Assembly (NCBI RefSeq): GCF_000018465.1 | Contig: NC_010085.1 | Location: forward strand, 1,440,001 to 1,472,000 | Reading direction: 5' to 3' | Source of the DNA: Nitrosopumilus maritimus SCM1 | GTDB lineage: Archaea > Thermoproteota > Nitrososphaeria > Nitrososphaerales > Nitrosopumilaceae | DNA: 32,000 nucleotides | Shown: piece after piece, positions 1 to 9,418 of the stretch | How the letters are laid out: each line of letters begins with the position of its first letter | Numbering within the stretch: the first letter of the stretch is position 1 | Notes under the pieces: model-generated | Seen by the model: the letters and a program-made list of their open reading frames with translations, nothing else | What the model was told of the DNA's origin: nothing | Databases searched by the model: none | Position numbers and translations under genes: made by a program

Positions 1-114
1 TCAGACATTAGAGAAATCATTATCAAAAATTACAGACAAAAAGAAAGAGTCAATGAATTGATCAATACCGCAGGATGGTCATTGTCAAGAATGCTGGAGA
101 ATATTAACAAGTGA
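1..114 (+). CDS. 3' end of an upstream gene cut by the window edge (product not assignable)
   Basis: Frame 1 is open from base 1 and ends ...AGWSLSRMLENINK* at TGA 112-114, 4 nt before the guaA ATG. 37 residues are too few to name a product. Confidence 0.4.
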   Translation, partial: SDIREIIIKNYRQKERVNELINTAGWSLSRMLENINK

Positions 115-118
115 TTAC

Positions 119-1642
119 ATGGACAAGATTGTAGTTTTAGATTTTGGATCACAGTATAGTCATTTGATTTGTAGAAGAATAAGAGAATTTTCAGTATATG
201 CAGAACTAGTTCCTTTTGATATTAGCTATGAAGAGTTGCAAAAACACAATCCAAAAGGAATAATTTTTTCAGGCGGTCCATCTAGTGTTTATAGTTCTGA
301 TGCACCAGTTCCAGAAAGTAAAATTTTTGATATGAATTTACCGTTACTTGGAATTTGTTACGGTCATCAATTAATTGTAAACAAGTACGGAGGTAAAGTA
401 AAAAGAGCAAACAAAGAATACGGTTCCTCATTACTAACAATTGACAATGATAAAGATTTGCTAAATGGTGTCGGTGAATCAGTAAGGGCATGGATGAGTC
501 ACGGGGATGAAGCTGAAGAAATTCCTCCAGGATTCCAAGTCATAGGACATACAGAAAGTGCAAAAGCAGCTGCAATAGCATCAGATGAAAAATCAGTTTA
601 TGGAATTCAATTCCATCCAGAAGTTGTTCACACAGAACAAGGTACAGAAATTCTCAAAAATTTTGTGTTAAAAGTTTGTGGGGCAAAACAAGACTGGACA
701 ATGGAGGGTTTTATCGATTCGGCAGTAGAAAAAATCTCAAAAATTGAGGGTAACGTGCTTTGTGGAGTCAGCGGAGGCATAGATTCCACTGTAGCGGCAT
801 TGTTAATTCACAAAGCCATAGGAGACAGACTCAAGTGTGTTTTTGTCAATAATGGATTGCTTAGACTAAACGAAGAAACAGAGATTGAAACTATGTTCAA
901 AGATAATTTCAATGTAAATTTTACATCAATTAACGCAGTAGATAGTTTTCTTGACAAGCTCAAAGGAGTTGAAGACCCAGAAAAGAAGAGAAAGATTGTT
1001 GGTGAAGAATTTGTTAATGTATTTACAGAATTTGCTGAAAAGAACGGTCCATTCAAATGGTTAGCTCAAGGAACTCTATATCCAGATGTGATTGAAAGCG
1101 GAGTTTCAAAAGGACCAGCTGATGTAATAAAATCACATCACAATGTAGGAGGACTACCTGACTGGCTCAATTTAGAAATTTTAGAGCCATTAAGAGAACT
1201 ATACAAAGATGAAGTAAGAATGATTGCAAAAATTCTTGAAGTTCCAGAAAAACTTTTCATGAGACATCCTTTCCCAGGACCAGGATTGGCTGTAAGAATC
1301 ATCGGAGAAGTTACACCAACAAAACTCCAAATCTCAAAAGTTGCAAGTAAAATTGTAGAAGACGAACTAGTTGAAGCCGGTCTGTATGGAAAAGTTTGGC
1401 AAGCTTATGCAGCAGTAGGAGATGATAGGGCAGTAGGTGTTGTTGGAGATGAGAGAAAATACGGAAATATTGTAATGATCAGAGTTGTTGATTCAATTGA
1501 TGCAATGACTGCAGATTGGACAAGATTACCACACGGATTGTTAGAAAAGATGAGCAACAGAATAACAAATGAGATTGAAGATGTAACTTGGGTGACATAT
1601 ACTATATCAAGCAAGCCTCCTGCCACAATTGAGCCTCAATAG
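119..1642 (+). CDS. guaA: GMP synthase (glutamine-hydrolysing)
   Basis: 507-aa ORF. It has an N-terminal class-I amidotransferase domain (GICYGHQ catalytic Cys, FHPE), the ATP-pyrophosphatase P-loop SGGIDS, and a C-terminal ...KPPATIEPQ tail like the canonical KPPATIEWE. Confidence 0.97.
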   Translation: MDKIVVLDFGSQYSHLICRRIREFSVYAELVPFDISYEELQKHNPKGIIFSGGPSSVYSSDAPVPESKIFDMNLPLLGICYGHQLIVNKYGGKVKRANKEYGSSLLTIDNDKDLLNGVGESVRAWMSHGDEAEEIPPGFQVIGHTESAKAAAIASDEKSVYGIQFHPEVVHTEQGTEILKNFVLKVCGAKQDWTMEGFIDSAVEKISKIEGNVLCGVSGGIDSTVAALLIHKAIGDRLKCVFVNNGLLRLNEETEIETMFKDNFNVNFTSINAVDSFLDKLKGVEDPEKKRKIVGEEFVNVFTEFAEKNGPFKWLAQGTLYPDVIESGVSKGPADVIKSHHNVGGLPDWLNLEILEPLRELYKDEVRMIAKILEVPEKLFMRHPFPGPGLAVRIIGEVTPTKLQISKVASKIVEDELVEAGLYGKVWQAYAAVGDDRAVGVVGDERKYGNIVMIRVVDSIDAMTADWTRLPHGLLEKMSNRITNEIEDVTWVTYTISSKPPATIEPQ

Positions 1643-2008
1643 GTGAACAATATGGAATATGAGAAAATTTGTGATGAGATTTTAGGATGTGATAAAAAAA
1701 TCAGATATGTTGGAGTGTATGATTATGGAGAATTACATGATAAAATGCGTCCAGGAGTAGAAAGTTTTCTATCAAGAGAAGAAACAGAGTTGTCATTATC
1801 TCAAGCAGTTTATCGTTGGTCAACACGTAAAAAAACATCAGATAAAATTGGAAAACCAGAATTTGCACTAGCAAAATATGAGAAAATCTACAGAGTAACA
1901 GTACCAGTTGGAGGTGCAGGGTTGATTTTGTTCAGTACAGAAGTAGATGCCAATGTAAATGAGATAATTGACAAAGTTATTGAAATCAAAAATAAATACT
2001 CCGAATAA
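1643..2008 (+). CDS. hypothetical protein (small, no recognisable motif)
   Basis: 121-aa ORF that directly abuts the guaA stop (GTG 1643; alternative ATG 1652). It has non-repetitive, protein-like composition and is co-oriented with its neighbours. Confidence 0.6.
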   Translation: MNNMEYEKICDEILGCDKKIRYVGVYDYGELHDKMRPGVESFLSREETELSLSQAVYRWSTRKKTSDKIGKPEFALAKYEKIYRVTVPVGGAGLILFSTEVDANVNEIIDKVIEIKNKYSE

Positions 2009-2011
2009 TTT

Positions 2012-2281
2012 GTGATGAATATGGACTTTCATGTTTTTGATACATATGTCAAGGCAAAGGATGGACATACAATGCACTTTGATGTGGTTACAGACAATAG
2101 TAATGTAGAAAAGGCAATTTCTTACGCAAAAGAATGGCTCAATACAATTGGAGAAGAAAATTCCAAAGTGACAACTGAAGAATGTAAATTTTGTCACACA
2201 CAATCTGTTCCAGAAGATATTGAAATTGAGATAATGACTAACGGTTATTTCATTTCAAAGATGGAAGGTTGTCCTGAATAA
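2012..2281 (+). CDS. small conserved protein, DUF2024-like (from memory, unverified)
   Basis: 89-aa ORF (GTG 2012, ATG 2015). The FHVFDTYVKAKDGHTMHFDVV N-terminus and the C..C..H region resemble what I recall of DUF2024 proteins. Confidence 0.55.
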   Translation: MMNMDFHVFDTYVKAKDGHTMHFDVVTDNSNVEKAISYAKEWLNTIGEENSKVTTEECKFCHTQSVPEDIEIEIMTNGYFISKMEGCPE

Positions 2282-3151
2282 CTAATTTAGCAAAGCAGCA
2301 CCATAGACACCTGCTGAATCTCCCAATTCATTTTTCAAAATAGGGGTATCAACTAAATCTGAAAATACTTTTTCATAAACAGATTTTTTTCCTTCAGTAT
2401 ACAGGAAATCAATATTTGACAAACCACCTCCAAGTACAATTGCATCAGGATCCAAAATGTCAATCACATTTGCAAGACTATATCCAAAATTTTCTAAAAA
2501 TTCACTTTTCCAGGTTTTTCCAATATCATTATCAAGATTTGAAAGGATTTCAGGTACGGATTTTGATTCTCCTGAGAGTAATTCCCATTTTTGTTCCAAT
2601 GCAGGACCACTGATGTAGGTCTCTACACATCCAGTTTTTCCACAATAACATGGATTTCCATTACGATGCAATGTATGATGTCCCCATTCTCCAGCAATGT
2701 TGGTTCTTCCTGAATGTAGTTTTCCATTAACAGTAATACCACCACCAACACCAGTCCCCATTATCACGCCAAAAACAAGATCAAAATTTTTTGCAGCACC
2801 CATTTTTGATTCTGCCATAACAAAACAATTTGCATCATTTTCCATTACAATAGTTTTTTTCAATTTTTTTTCTAGATCTTCTTTTAGAGATTTTCCAATC
2901 AAACACTGAGTGTTGCTGTTTTTTATCAATCCAGTTTTTTTTGAGATTGCACCGGGAGTACATATTCCTAAAGAATAATCTAGAGTATTACTTGATAATT
3001 CTAAAACCAAATTTGAGATAGTATCAAGTATTTCAGAATAATTATTTTTAGGGGTTGGAACTCTTTTTCTTTCTAAAACATTTAGAGAATCATCTAATAG
3101 AATTGCTTCAGTTTTTGTTCCACCTAAATCAACACCTAGCTTGTACAACAA
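2282..3151 (-). CDS. ROK-family sugar kinase (glucokinase / N-acetylhexosamine kinase-like)
   Basis: 289 aa. It carries the N-terminal LGVDLGGTK phosphate-binding motif, GTGVGGG, and the ROK zinc motif HH...CYCGKTGCVETYISG. Confidence 0.85.
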   Translation of the reverse strand: MLYKLGVDLGGTKTEAILLDDSLNVLERKRVPTPKNNYSEILDTISNLVLELSSNTLDYSLGICTPGAISKKTGLIKNSNTQCLIGKSLKEDLEKKLKKTIVMENDANCFVMAESKMGAAKNFDLVFGVIMGTGVGGGITVNGKLHSGRTNIAGEWGHHTLHRNGNPCYCGKTGCVETYISGPALEQKWELLSGESKSVPEILSNLDNDIGKTWKSEFLENFGYSLANVIDILDPDAIVLGGGLSNIDFLYTEGKKSVYEKVFSDLVDTPILKNELGDSAGVYGAALLN

Positions 3152-3188
3152 TAACTTATGAAAATTAGAACGCTTAAGTTTTAATCAA

Positions 3189-4811
3189 TTATCCCATTGG
3201 AGGCATGCCACCGCCACCTGGACCACCAGATACTGCAATGACATCATCAATTCTAAGAATCATACATGCAGCTTCTGTTGCAGATTTGATAATCTGTTCT
3301 TTGACAGCAATTGGTTCTACAACATCAATAGAAAGCATATCTGCAATCTTTGTGTTTTTAGCATCAATACCAGTCCATTTACGACCTTGGTTTTGTTTTG
3401 CTCTCAAGTTTGCCATTGTGTCAATTGGATCCATTCCTGCATTTTCAGCAATTGTTAATGGAATTACCTCTAAGGCTTCAGCATATTTCTTAATTGCAAG
3501 TTGTTCTCGTCCATCAAAATTGTCAGCCCAGTCTTTGAGTTGTGATGCTGCAAATGATTCTGGAGCACCTCCACCTGCGACAATTTCAGGCTTTTCAATT
3601 ACGTCTTTTACTACCATGAGAGAATCATGAATAGAGCGGTCAACCTCATCAATTACTCTTTGAGAGCCACCACGAATCAACATTGTAACTGATTGTGGGT
3701 GTTTACATCCTTCAATGAATACCCATTTGTCAGATTCAACTTTCTTTTGGTGAACCAAATTAGCAGAACCAAGATCTTTTTCAGATAGGTCATCAATATT
3801 ACTAATTACACGGCCGCCAGTTGCTTTTGATAGTTTAATCATATCACTTTCTTTTACACGACGTACTGCAAGAATTCCGTTTTTGGCAAGATAATGTTGT
3901 GCAATATCATCAATACCTTTTTGGCAAATTAGAACATTAACTCCAATATCATGTAGTTTGTCAACCATTGTCTTGAGCATTCTGTTTTCCTCTTCTAAGA
4001 ACATCTGCATTTGAGTAGGATCAGAAATTCTAATTTCAGAACTCATTTCAGTTTTTTCAATTTCAAGTGCGGAATTTAACAAAGCAATGTTTGCTTTATC
4101 GATTTTTGTAGGCATTCCACTGTGAACAATTTCTTTATCTAAAACAATTCCTTTAACAATTTGAGTATCTTGAATTGATCCACCTGATTTCTTTTCAACT
4201 TTTATGTTTTCAAGATCAACAAAGTAATCTTCACCTTTCTTTGTAACTATGCTAAGAATAGCATCAACTACAATTTTTGATAATGTATCACTATCTTCTG
4301 AGATTAATTTTGATTGCATACTTGTTGTAGCAATTTTAATGAGTGATTCTTTGTCATCTGGTTTAATTTTCTTTGATAATTCAGAATAGATTTCAAGGGT
4401 TTTTTCTGCAGCAGCTTGATAACCGTCAATAATTGTTGAAGAATGAACATCTTTTTTGAGTAGGTCTTCGGCTTTAGCCAAAAGAGTACCTCCAAAAACT
4501 ACAGAAGAAGTTGTACCATCTCCAACTTCATTGTCAACAGTTTTTGAAATTTCAACCATCATTTTGGCTGCAGGATGCTGAACATCAATTTCTTTGAGAA
4601 TTGTTGCCCCATCATTTGTAATAGTAACATCACCTAAGGAATCAACTAACATTTTATCTAGACCACGTGGGCCAAGGCTGCTTTTGACTAATTCTGTAAC
4701 TAATTTTGCGGCTGCAATGTTGTTTTGTTGAGCGTCTTTACCTTTTTGTTGTAATGCACTCTCTTTGAGCACTAAAACAGGTCCATTTGGTCCTTGTTGA
4801 ATTGATGCCAT
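3189..4811 (-). CDS. ths: thermosome subunit (group II chaperonin)
   Basis: 540 aa. It has [17 protein letters not shown] and the GGGAPE ATPase motifs, plus the typical Gly/Met-rich tail [12 protein letters not shown]. Confidence 0.97.
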   Translation of the reverse strand: MASIQQGPNGPVLVLKESALQQKGKDAQQNNIAAAKLVTELVKSSLGPRGLDKMLVDSLGDVTITNDGATILKEIDVQHPAAKMMVEISKTVDNEVGDGTTSSVVFGGTLLAKAEDLLKKDVHSSTIIDGYQAAAEKTLEIYSELSKKIKPDDKESLIKIATTSMQSKLISEDSDTLSKIVVDAILSIVTKKGEDYFVDLENIKVEKKSGGSIQDTQIVKGIVLDKEIVHSGMPTKIDKANIALLNSALEIEKTEMSSEIRISDPTQMQMFLEEENRMLKTMVDKLHDIGVNVLICQKGIDDIAQHYLAKNGILAVRRVKESDMIKLSKATGGRVISNIDDLSEKDLGSANLVHQKKVESDKWVFIEGCKHPQSVTMLIRGGSQRVIDEVDRSIHDSLMVVKDVIEKPEIVAGGGAPESFAASQLKDWADNFDGREQLAIKKYAEALEVIPLTIAENAGMDPIDTMANLRAKQNQGRKWTGIDAKNTKIADMLSIDVVEPIAVKEQIIKSATEAACMILRIDDVIAVSGGPGGGGMPPMG

Positions 4812-4814
4812 TTA

Positions 4815-4838
4815 GATTCAGCTTCAATCCCCTGAATC
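4815..4838 (-). promoter_or_regulatory. perfect 7-bp inverted repeat (GATTCAG-N10-CTGAATC) ending 3 nt upstream of the thermosome ATG
   Basis: Read directly: + strand gattcag (4815-4821) and ctgaatc (4832-4838). It lies between an A/T box (GTTAAAAA on the - strand) and the start codon. Confidence 0.35.
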
Positions 4839-4855
4839 CCCCTTTTTAACATTAC

Positions 4856-6619
4856 TTAGTTGATCGGTGAGATGTAACTTCGTTTTTTCACATCAACTAT
4901 ACCACCTGAAAGAATTCTGACAGAGGGTAAAGCCAAGAAAGGTAAGAACAAAGGAATCAGGTGAGGCCTAGAAAACTTGCATCCAGAATCAACAATAGAA
5001 TTGTTGATTTTTTCAAAGTTTGATGAAACCTTTTCAAAAGAATCTGTTGAAACGATCCCTGCAAATTGTAAAGGTAGTGAAGCAAGTATTTTACCGGATT
5101 TTACAACTACTAACCCACCTTGATTTTTTATCAAGTGGTTTGAAGCAACTTCCATGTCAGAATCATTTGAACCAATAACTATTAGATCATTTTCATGAAA
5201 ACTCCAAGTAGATGCAAATGCACCAATATCAGCACCAAAATTTTCAAGAAATCCTATAGAGTGTTTGCTTGTCCCATGGGTTCTATCAAATGCGGCTACC
5301 TTCCAGATATCAGAGTCTAAAGATGCAGATATCAAATTGTTCTTAGATTGAAGTTCAGCTGAACCTATCTTTGTAATAATTTCAGTCTGCATGAATATTG
5401 TGTTTGCAATAACATCTTTCTTTTTAGATTTTATTTCAAAATCATTTTTTGAGAATTTTTTTAATTTTACAGTATTTTTAATCCAAGGAGAGATTGTTTT
5501 TTTCTTTATAGGAAAAACAATTTTTCCATCAGATACTGCAAGTTTTCCACCTACGAATACGGTTTTGGGTCTAAAAGATTTCAAATCATTAAAAATTAGA
5601 ATATCAGCTAGTTTTCCGGGTGCAATTCCACCAAGATCTTTTCCCATGTTATAATAATCAAAGTTATTTTTTGATGCCATACTTACTGCATCAATCGGTT
5701 CTAGACCGAGTTTGATGGATTCACGAATACAATGATCAATATGACCAAATTTTGTAATATCTTGTGGATCAAGACCATCTGAACAAAACATCAATCGGTT
5801 TAGATATGTTCCATGAGACAACACTCTAGGAACAATTTCTTTCAAATCACGCCGAATAGAACCTTCTCTAATCATTATCCACATTCCAAGACGCAATCTC
5901 TCTAAGACTTGATCAAAATTAATTGGTTCGTGACAAGAAAGAACTCCTGATGAAACATAGGCGTTAAGTTTTTTGTCACTTGCGCCAGCAGTATGTCCAT
6001 TGATTATACAATCACATTCCAACATTGCAGAAAGAGATTTCATTGTTTTTGGTTCACGAAGAGTAACTTTTGTCCAAGAAAAAACTTCACCCAATCCAAG
6101 TACATGTGGATGTTTTACTGCAGATTTTTCTTGAGATAAAGTGAGAGTGTTGCTATTGCTAAATTTTGCATCAACAGGTAATCCACCAGGTACAACCTGA
6201 AAAATTCTTACGGGGAGGTCTTCTCCCAATTTTAAAAATTCTTGAAATCCTTTGTATCCACCTACACTAACAACATCAATAGGATCAGAAAAAAGAGAAG
6301 TTACGCCACAAAGAAGTGCTTGTTTTGCAAATTCAGATGGAAGAACAAATTGATCAATATGTAGATGAGGGTCTGCAAAACCGGGACCGACATACTTGTT
6401 TTTTACATCAATGACTTTTGTTTTAGGACCTTGGGCATGTGTTGCGTCTGGTCCAACATATGCAATTCTCTCACCAGTTATTGCAATCTGAGTTTTTGGA
6501 ATAATTTCTCTAGTATAGACAGAAAGTAAATTACAATTTTTTAAAATTAGATCTGCTTTCTTATCACCCATAGCCACAGAATTTAGAGTAGAGATCGAAT
6601 TTGCTAGGCTCGAAGTCAC
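4856..6619 (-). CDS. ade: adenine deaminase-family amidohydrolase (Ade/COG1001-like)
   Basis: 587 aa. Motif order matches the Ade family: PGFADPHLHID (HxH), NGHTAG, SCHEP, FCSDG, GHID, GGIAPGKLAD. The GTG start at 6619 sits about 26 nt downstream of a TATA-like box (6641-6650). Confidence 0.75.
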   Translation of the reverse strand: MTSSLANSISTLNSVAMGDKKADLILKNCNLLSVYTREIIPKTQIAITGERIAYVGPDATHAQGPKTKVIDVKNKYVGPGFADPHLHIDQFVLPSEFAKQALLCGVTSLFSDPIDVVSVGGYKGFQEFLKLGEDLPVRIFQVVPGGLPVDAKFSNSNTLTLSQEKSAVKHPHVLGLGEVFSWTKVTLREPKTMKSLSAMLECDCIINGHTAGASDKKLNAYVSSGVLSCHEPINFDQVLERLRLGMWIMIREGSIRRDLKEIVPRVLSHGTYLNRLMFCSDGLDPQDITKFGHIDHCIRESIKLGLEPIDAVSMASKNNFDYYNMGKDLGGIAPGKLADILIFNDLKSFRPKTVFVGGKLAVSDGKIVFPIKKKTISPWIKNTVKLKKFSKNDFEIKSKKKDVIANTIFMQTEIITKIGSAELQSKNNLISASLDSDIWKVAAFDRTHGTSKHSIGFLENFGADIGAFASTWSFHENDLIVIGSNDSDMEVASNHLIKNQGGLVVVKSGKILASLPLQFAGIVSTDSFEKVSSNFEKINNSIVDSGCKFSRPHLIPLFLPFLALPSVRILSGGIVDVKKRSYISPIN

Positions 6620-6640
6620 GATTTTTGATTAGATTTTGCG

Positions 6641-6667
6641 CCTATTATAGATTCAATGCTTAAATTA
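6641..6667. promoter_or_regulatory. divergent promoter region (ade-like gene / rpl44e-rps27e operon)
   Basis: CTATAATAGG (- strand, 6641-6650) is centred about 26 nt upstream of GTG 6619. TTAAATTA (6660-6667) is centred about 26 nt upstream of ATG 6690. Confidence 0.4.
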
Positions 6668-6689
6668 CGGGTGAGAAGGTTTTGTTGAT

Positions 6690-6971
6690 ATGAACATACC
6701 AAAGGTGATCCGAAAGTATTGTGCAAAATGTAAGACACATACTGAACAAAAGGTCTCCATTTACAAGGCTGGAAAGAGACGCGGTTCTGCAAGAGGTGAA
6801 CGTAGACACGCTGAACGTAAACATGGGTATGGTGGACAAAAGTTCCCAAAATTAGCAAAACCAGCCAAAGTTACAAAGAAAGTTACTCCAATTATGACTT
6901 GTACTGTATGTAAAAAGAAATACAATAAACTAGGTGTTAGAATTAAGAAATTTGAGTTGGTGGCAGCATGA
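6690..6971 (+). CDS. rpl44e: 50S ribosomal protein L44e (eL42)
   Basis: 93 aa, with YCAKCKTHTEQKV...CTVCKK zinc-ribbon cysteines and the GYGGQ motif. This is the conserved archaeal L44e-S27e gene pair. Confidence 0.95.
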   Translation: MNIPKVIRKYCAKCKTHTEQKVSIYKAGKRRGSARGERRHAERKHGYGGQKFPKLAKPAKVTKKVTPIMTCTVCKKKYNKLGVRIKKFELVAA

Positions 6972-7165
6972 AGAAAGATCACGTCGAAATTCCAAAACCA
7001 TCAAGTAAGTTTCAAAAAGTCAATTGTAATGAATGTGGAGAACTACAAATTGTTTATTCACATGCATCAACACAAGTTGCTTGTAATTCATGCGGAAATG
7101 CAATTGCAGAAGCAACAGGTTCTAAAGCAAAAATTAATGGTAAAGTCTCAGGCAGTGCTGAGTAA
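6968..7165 (+). CDS. rps27e: 30S ribosomal protein S27e (eS27)
   Basis: 65 aa, with FQKVNCNECG...VACNSCG C4 zinc ribbon. It has an ATGA overlap with rpl44e (6968-6971). Confidence 0.95.
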   Translation: MKKDHVEIPKPSSKFQKVNCNECGELQIVYSHASTQVACNSCGNAIAEATGSKAKINGKVSGSAE

Positions 7166-7732
7166 ATCATAATCCTGTTTAGTGTTTAGATTAAGTGCAA
7201 TTCTTTTATCATCAAGAATAACATAATTTTCTTCTATATTTTCAAGTGAATTAATTTTTTGAGAATCAATTAGAGATATTCCTGTGAAGTTACATTTTTG
7301 ATTATTATGAATTATAGAATATTCAGATTTTGTTCCAATAGAAGATAATAATTTGTCAGTTACAAGAATACTTGTCCAAATTTTTTTAGAATCAGATTGT
7401 TTTACAATTGTTTGAATAATTTCTGTATCTAACAAGGGTAGATCACCAGAGGTAACTAGAACTAAATCCTTGAATTTTCGTAATACTGAATTTAGATCTT
7501 CAACATATCCAAGTCCAGATGTATCAAAAGTTTCAATGTTATTTTCTTCTAGTAGTTTTTTTGTTTTAGGTGAATTAGGGCTAGTTACTGCAATAATTTT
7601 TGAAAAACAACTTGAATTTTTTAATGAATCAATAACATGAAGGATGATTGGTTTTTTGTATTGTAAGAGTAATTTTTCATCATCTAAATTCATGCGTGTT
7701 CCTTTACCACCTGCCATAACAATGCCAATCAT
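7148..7732 (-). CDS. cobY: adenosylcobinamide-phosphate guanylyltransferase, archaeal type
   Basis: 194 aa. It has the MAGGKGTRM nucleotidyltransferase loop and TSPNSPKTKKLL, as in archaeal CobY. It is the last gene of the cob operon and has an ATGA overlap with cobS. Confidence 0.7.
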   Translation of the reverse strand: MIGIVMAGGKGTRMNLDDEKLLLQYKKPIILHVIDSLKNSSCFSKIIAVTSPNSPKTKKLLEENNIETFDTSGLGYVEDLNSVLRKFKDLVLVTSGDLPLLDTEIIQTIVKQSDSKKIWTSILVTDKLLSSIGTKSEYSIIHNNQKCNFTGISLIDSQKINSLENIEENYVILDDKRIALNLNTKQDYDLLSTA

Positions 7733-8469
7733 ATTGATACAAACACCATCAATGAAGCTAGTCGGGTAAGTTCGTTTGTAGCACCAATTACATCTCCAGT
7801 AATTCCACCAAAACTACGTGTAGATATGCCAAGTAGGAATAATGTCAATGCAACAGTGACTCCAAGCATTATCAATCCAGTAGTCTCACCAATTAAGGCT
7901 ACAGGAATAAGCATGATGATAAATGCGGCTACCAGTTTTCTCTTGTCTTTCATCAAGTGTACAAAAGGAGAGTTTGAGCCAGATGCAGCTGAATTTCCTA
8001 AACTAGCCATAAGCACCATTGAGAATTTGGCTAAAATTTCGCTGATTAGAATTGCTTTAAACAAATCAAATCCATTAGTAAGTGATATTGTGATTATCAG
8101 ACCAACCAGATACAAAACGAGTCCAACAATTCCAGCTGAACCAGTAGAAAGATCTTTCATTGCTTGAATTTTCTTTTCTTTTGTTCCTTTCACCATAAGT
8201 CCATCTGCAAAATCAGCTAAACCATCAGCATGATGAATTCCAGTAACTATTGCAATAGATGCAACAACTAACAAGCTAACAAGTAGTGGATCTAAAAAGA
8301 AAGATAGTCCAAATCCAAATGAACCAACTAAAAGTCCAATTGCGATTCCAACAATAGGAAAGACATACATGTATTTTGCAATACTTTCCAAAGTTGCATT
8401 TGATGATGGAAATATTGTCAAGAAAGAAAAGACAGAACCTATTTCCTTAAGCATGAATCCACCATCCAA
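7729..8469 (-). CDS. cobS: adenosylcobinamide-GDP ribazoletransferase (cobalamin synthase)
   Basis: 246-aa polytopic membrane protein. It has HHADGLADFADG and GGITGDVIGA motifs typical of CobS. Confidence 0.9.
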   Translation of the reverse strand: MDGGFMLKEIGSVFSFLTIFPSSNATLESIAKYMYVFPIVGIAIGLLVGSFGFGLSFFLDPLLVSLLVVASIAIVTGIHHADGLADFADGLMVKGTKEKKIQAMKDLSTGSAGIVGLVLYLVGLIITISLTNGFDLFKAILISEILAKFSMVLMASLGNSAASGSNSPFVHLMKDKRKLVAAFIIMLIPVALIGETTGLIMLGVTVALTLFLLGISTRSFGGITGDVIGATNELTRLASLMVFVSI

Positions 8470-9418
8470 TTAATGTTAAAACAGTAACAATTGGAACAAT
8501 TACAAGTCCAAAGAATAGAATTGAGGTCAATTTCATAATAGATATTGCAGAATGTACGTGTTCTTTTGTAAGAGTTAATTCACCACTACCCAATTCATAA
8601 TGATTTACTTTTTCAAATTTTGTGCCAAGTGCTCCTGCTAATGCAGCCATAGGATATCCTGCATTTGGACTCTCAGTTTTTTTGCCATCACGAATCATAA
8701 TCTTGTAAGATTCTTTCCAGTTGTTTTGTAAAATAGCAGCTGAAATGATCATTACAAGTCCGGTGAGTCTAGATGGAATGTAATTCAATACGGTATCACA
8801 TGTAGCTGCAAACCATCCCAAATTTTTGAAAATATCAGTTTTGTATCCTATCATAGAGTCAGCAGTGTTGATAATTCTATACACAAATGCTCCAGGCAAG
8901 CCAAAAATAGCATAGTAAAAGAGAGGTCCAGTTATTCCATCTACAGTATTTTCACTAACGCTTTCAAGCACGCCTGAAATTACATGATTTTTGTCTAAAT
9001 TGGAGGTATTTCGCTTAACAATCATGGACAGATTCTCTCGTGCAGAATCCAAATTATTCATCTCAAGTGATTCTACTACTGCCATTGCATAGCGTTCCAG
9101 CCCCTTGATTGCAATAGTAGTCTTTAGTAGTAAAGCACCTATCACAACTGAAACTATCAAAGTTATCCAATCAGTTGAAAGTAATGAAATTCCAAAATCC
9201 AAAGTTAATAGTAATGTAACAACTATTCCGGCAGGGATTGTTACTACAAATATTCCACCAAATCTTTCGAGTTTTTGATTTTGATTTTGTCCAAGTGGAG
9301 TTAGTTTTGCAATTAATCCACCAATCCAAGCAGTTGGATGATATCTATTCTTAGGATCTCCAAACACTAAATCTATAACCAATGCAAATCCCACAATTAT
9401 CAAAGACTCTAAAATCAT
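8447..9418 (-). CDS. cbiB: adenosylcobinamide-phosphate synthase
   Basis: 323-aa membrane protein. It has the GDPKNRYHPTAWIG N-terminal motif, SMIGYK, and SPNAGYPMAALAGALG, all typical of CbiB/CobD. Confidence 0.9.
   Translation of the reverse strand: MILESLIIVGFALVIDLVFGDPKNRYHPTAWIGGLIAKLTPLGQNQNQKLERFGGIFVVTIPAGIVVTLLLTLDFGISLLSTDWITLIVSVVIGALLLKTTIAIKGLERYAMAVVESLEMNNLDSARENLSMIVKRNTSNLDKNHVISGVLESVSENTVDGITGPLFYYAIFGLPGAFVYRIINTADSMIGYKTDIFKNLGWFAATCDTVLNYIPSRLTGLVMIISAAILQNNWKESYKIMIRDGKKTESPNAGYPMAALAGALGTKFEKVNHYELGSGELTLTKEHVHSAISIMKLTSILFFGLVIVPIVTVLTLIGWWIHA

Noticed and set aside
282-1626. Antisense ORFs inside guaA (282-491, 808-1056, 1405-1626); similar shadow ORFs occur inside other long genes (e.g. 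3205-3630, 5391-5654, 7826-8167, 9440-9796, 13303-13641, 27955-28299, 31710-31898)
   Set aside because: Each lies wholly within and opposite to a longer ORF that has strong family motifs. Their translations are low-complexity or hydrophobic mirror sequences typical of AT-rich genomes.
1868-2203. 111-aa minus-strand ORF spanning the junction of two plus-strand genes
   Set aside because: It is Phe/Cys/Ile-rich shadow sequence opposite two co-oriented ORFs. It has no promoter-like box at the usual distance.
7148-7165. 18-bp 3'-end overlap of convergent rps27e and cobY (and a 6-bp overlap of ctaB with the 13955 gene) as a regulatory antisense arrangement
   Set aside because: This is consistent with general genome compaction in this window. 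There is no additional structure or conservation evidence from the sequence alone.
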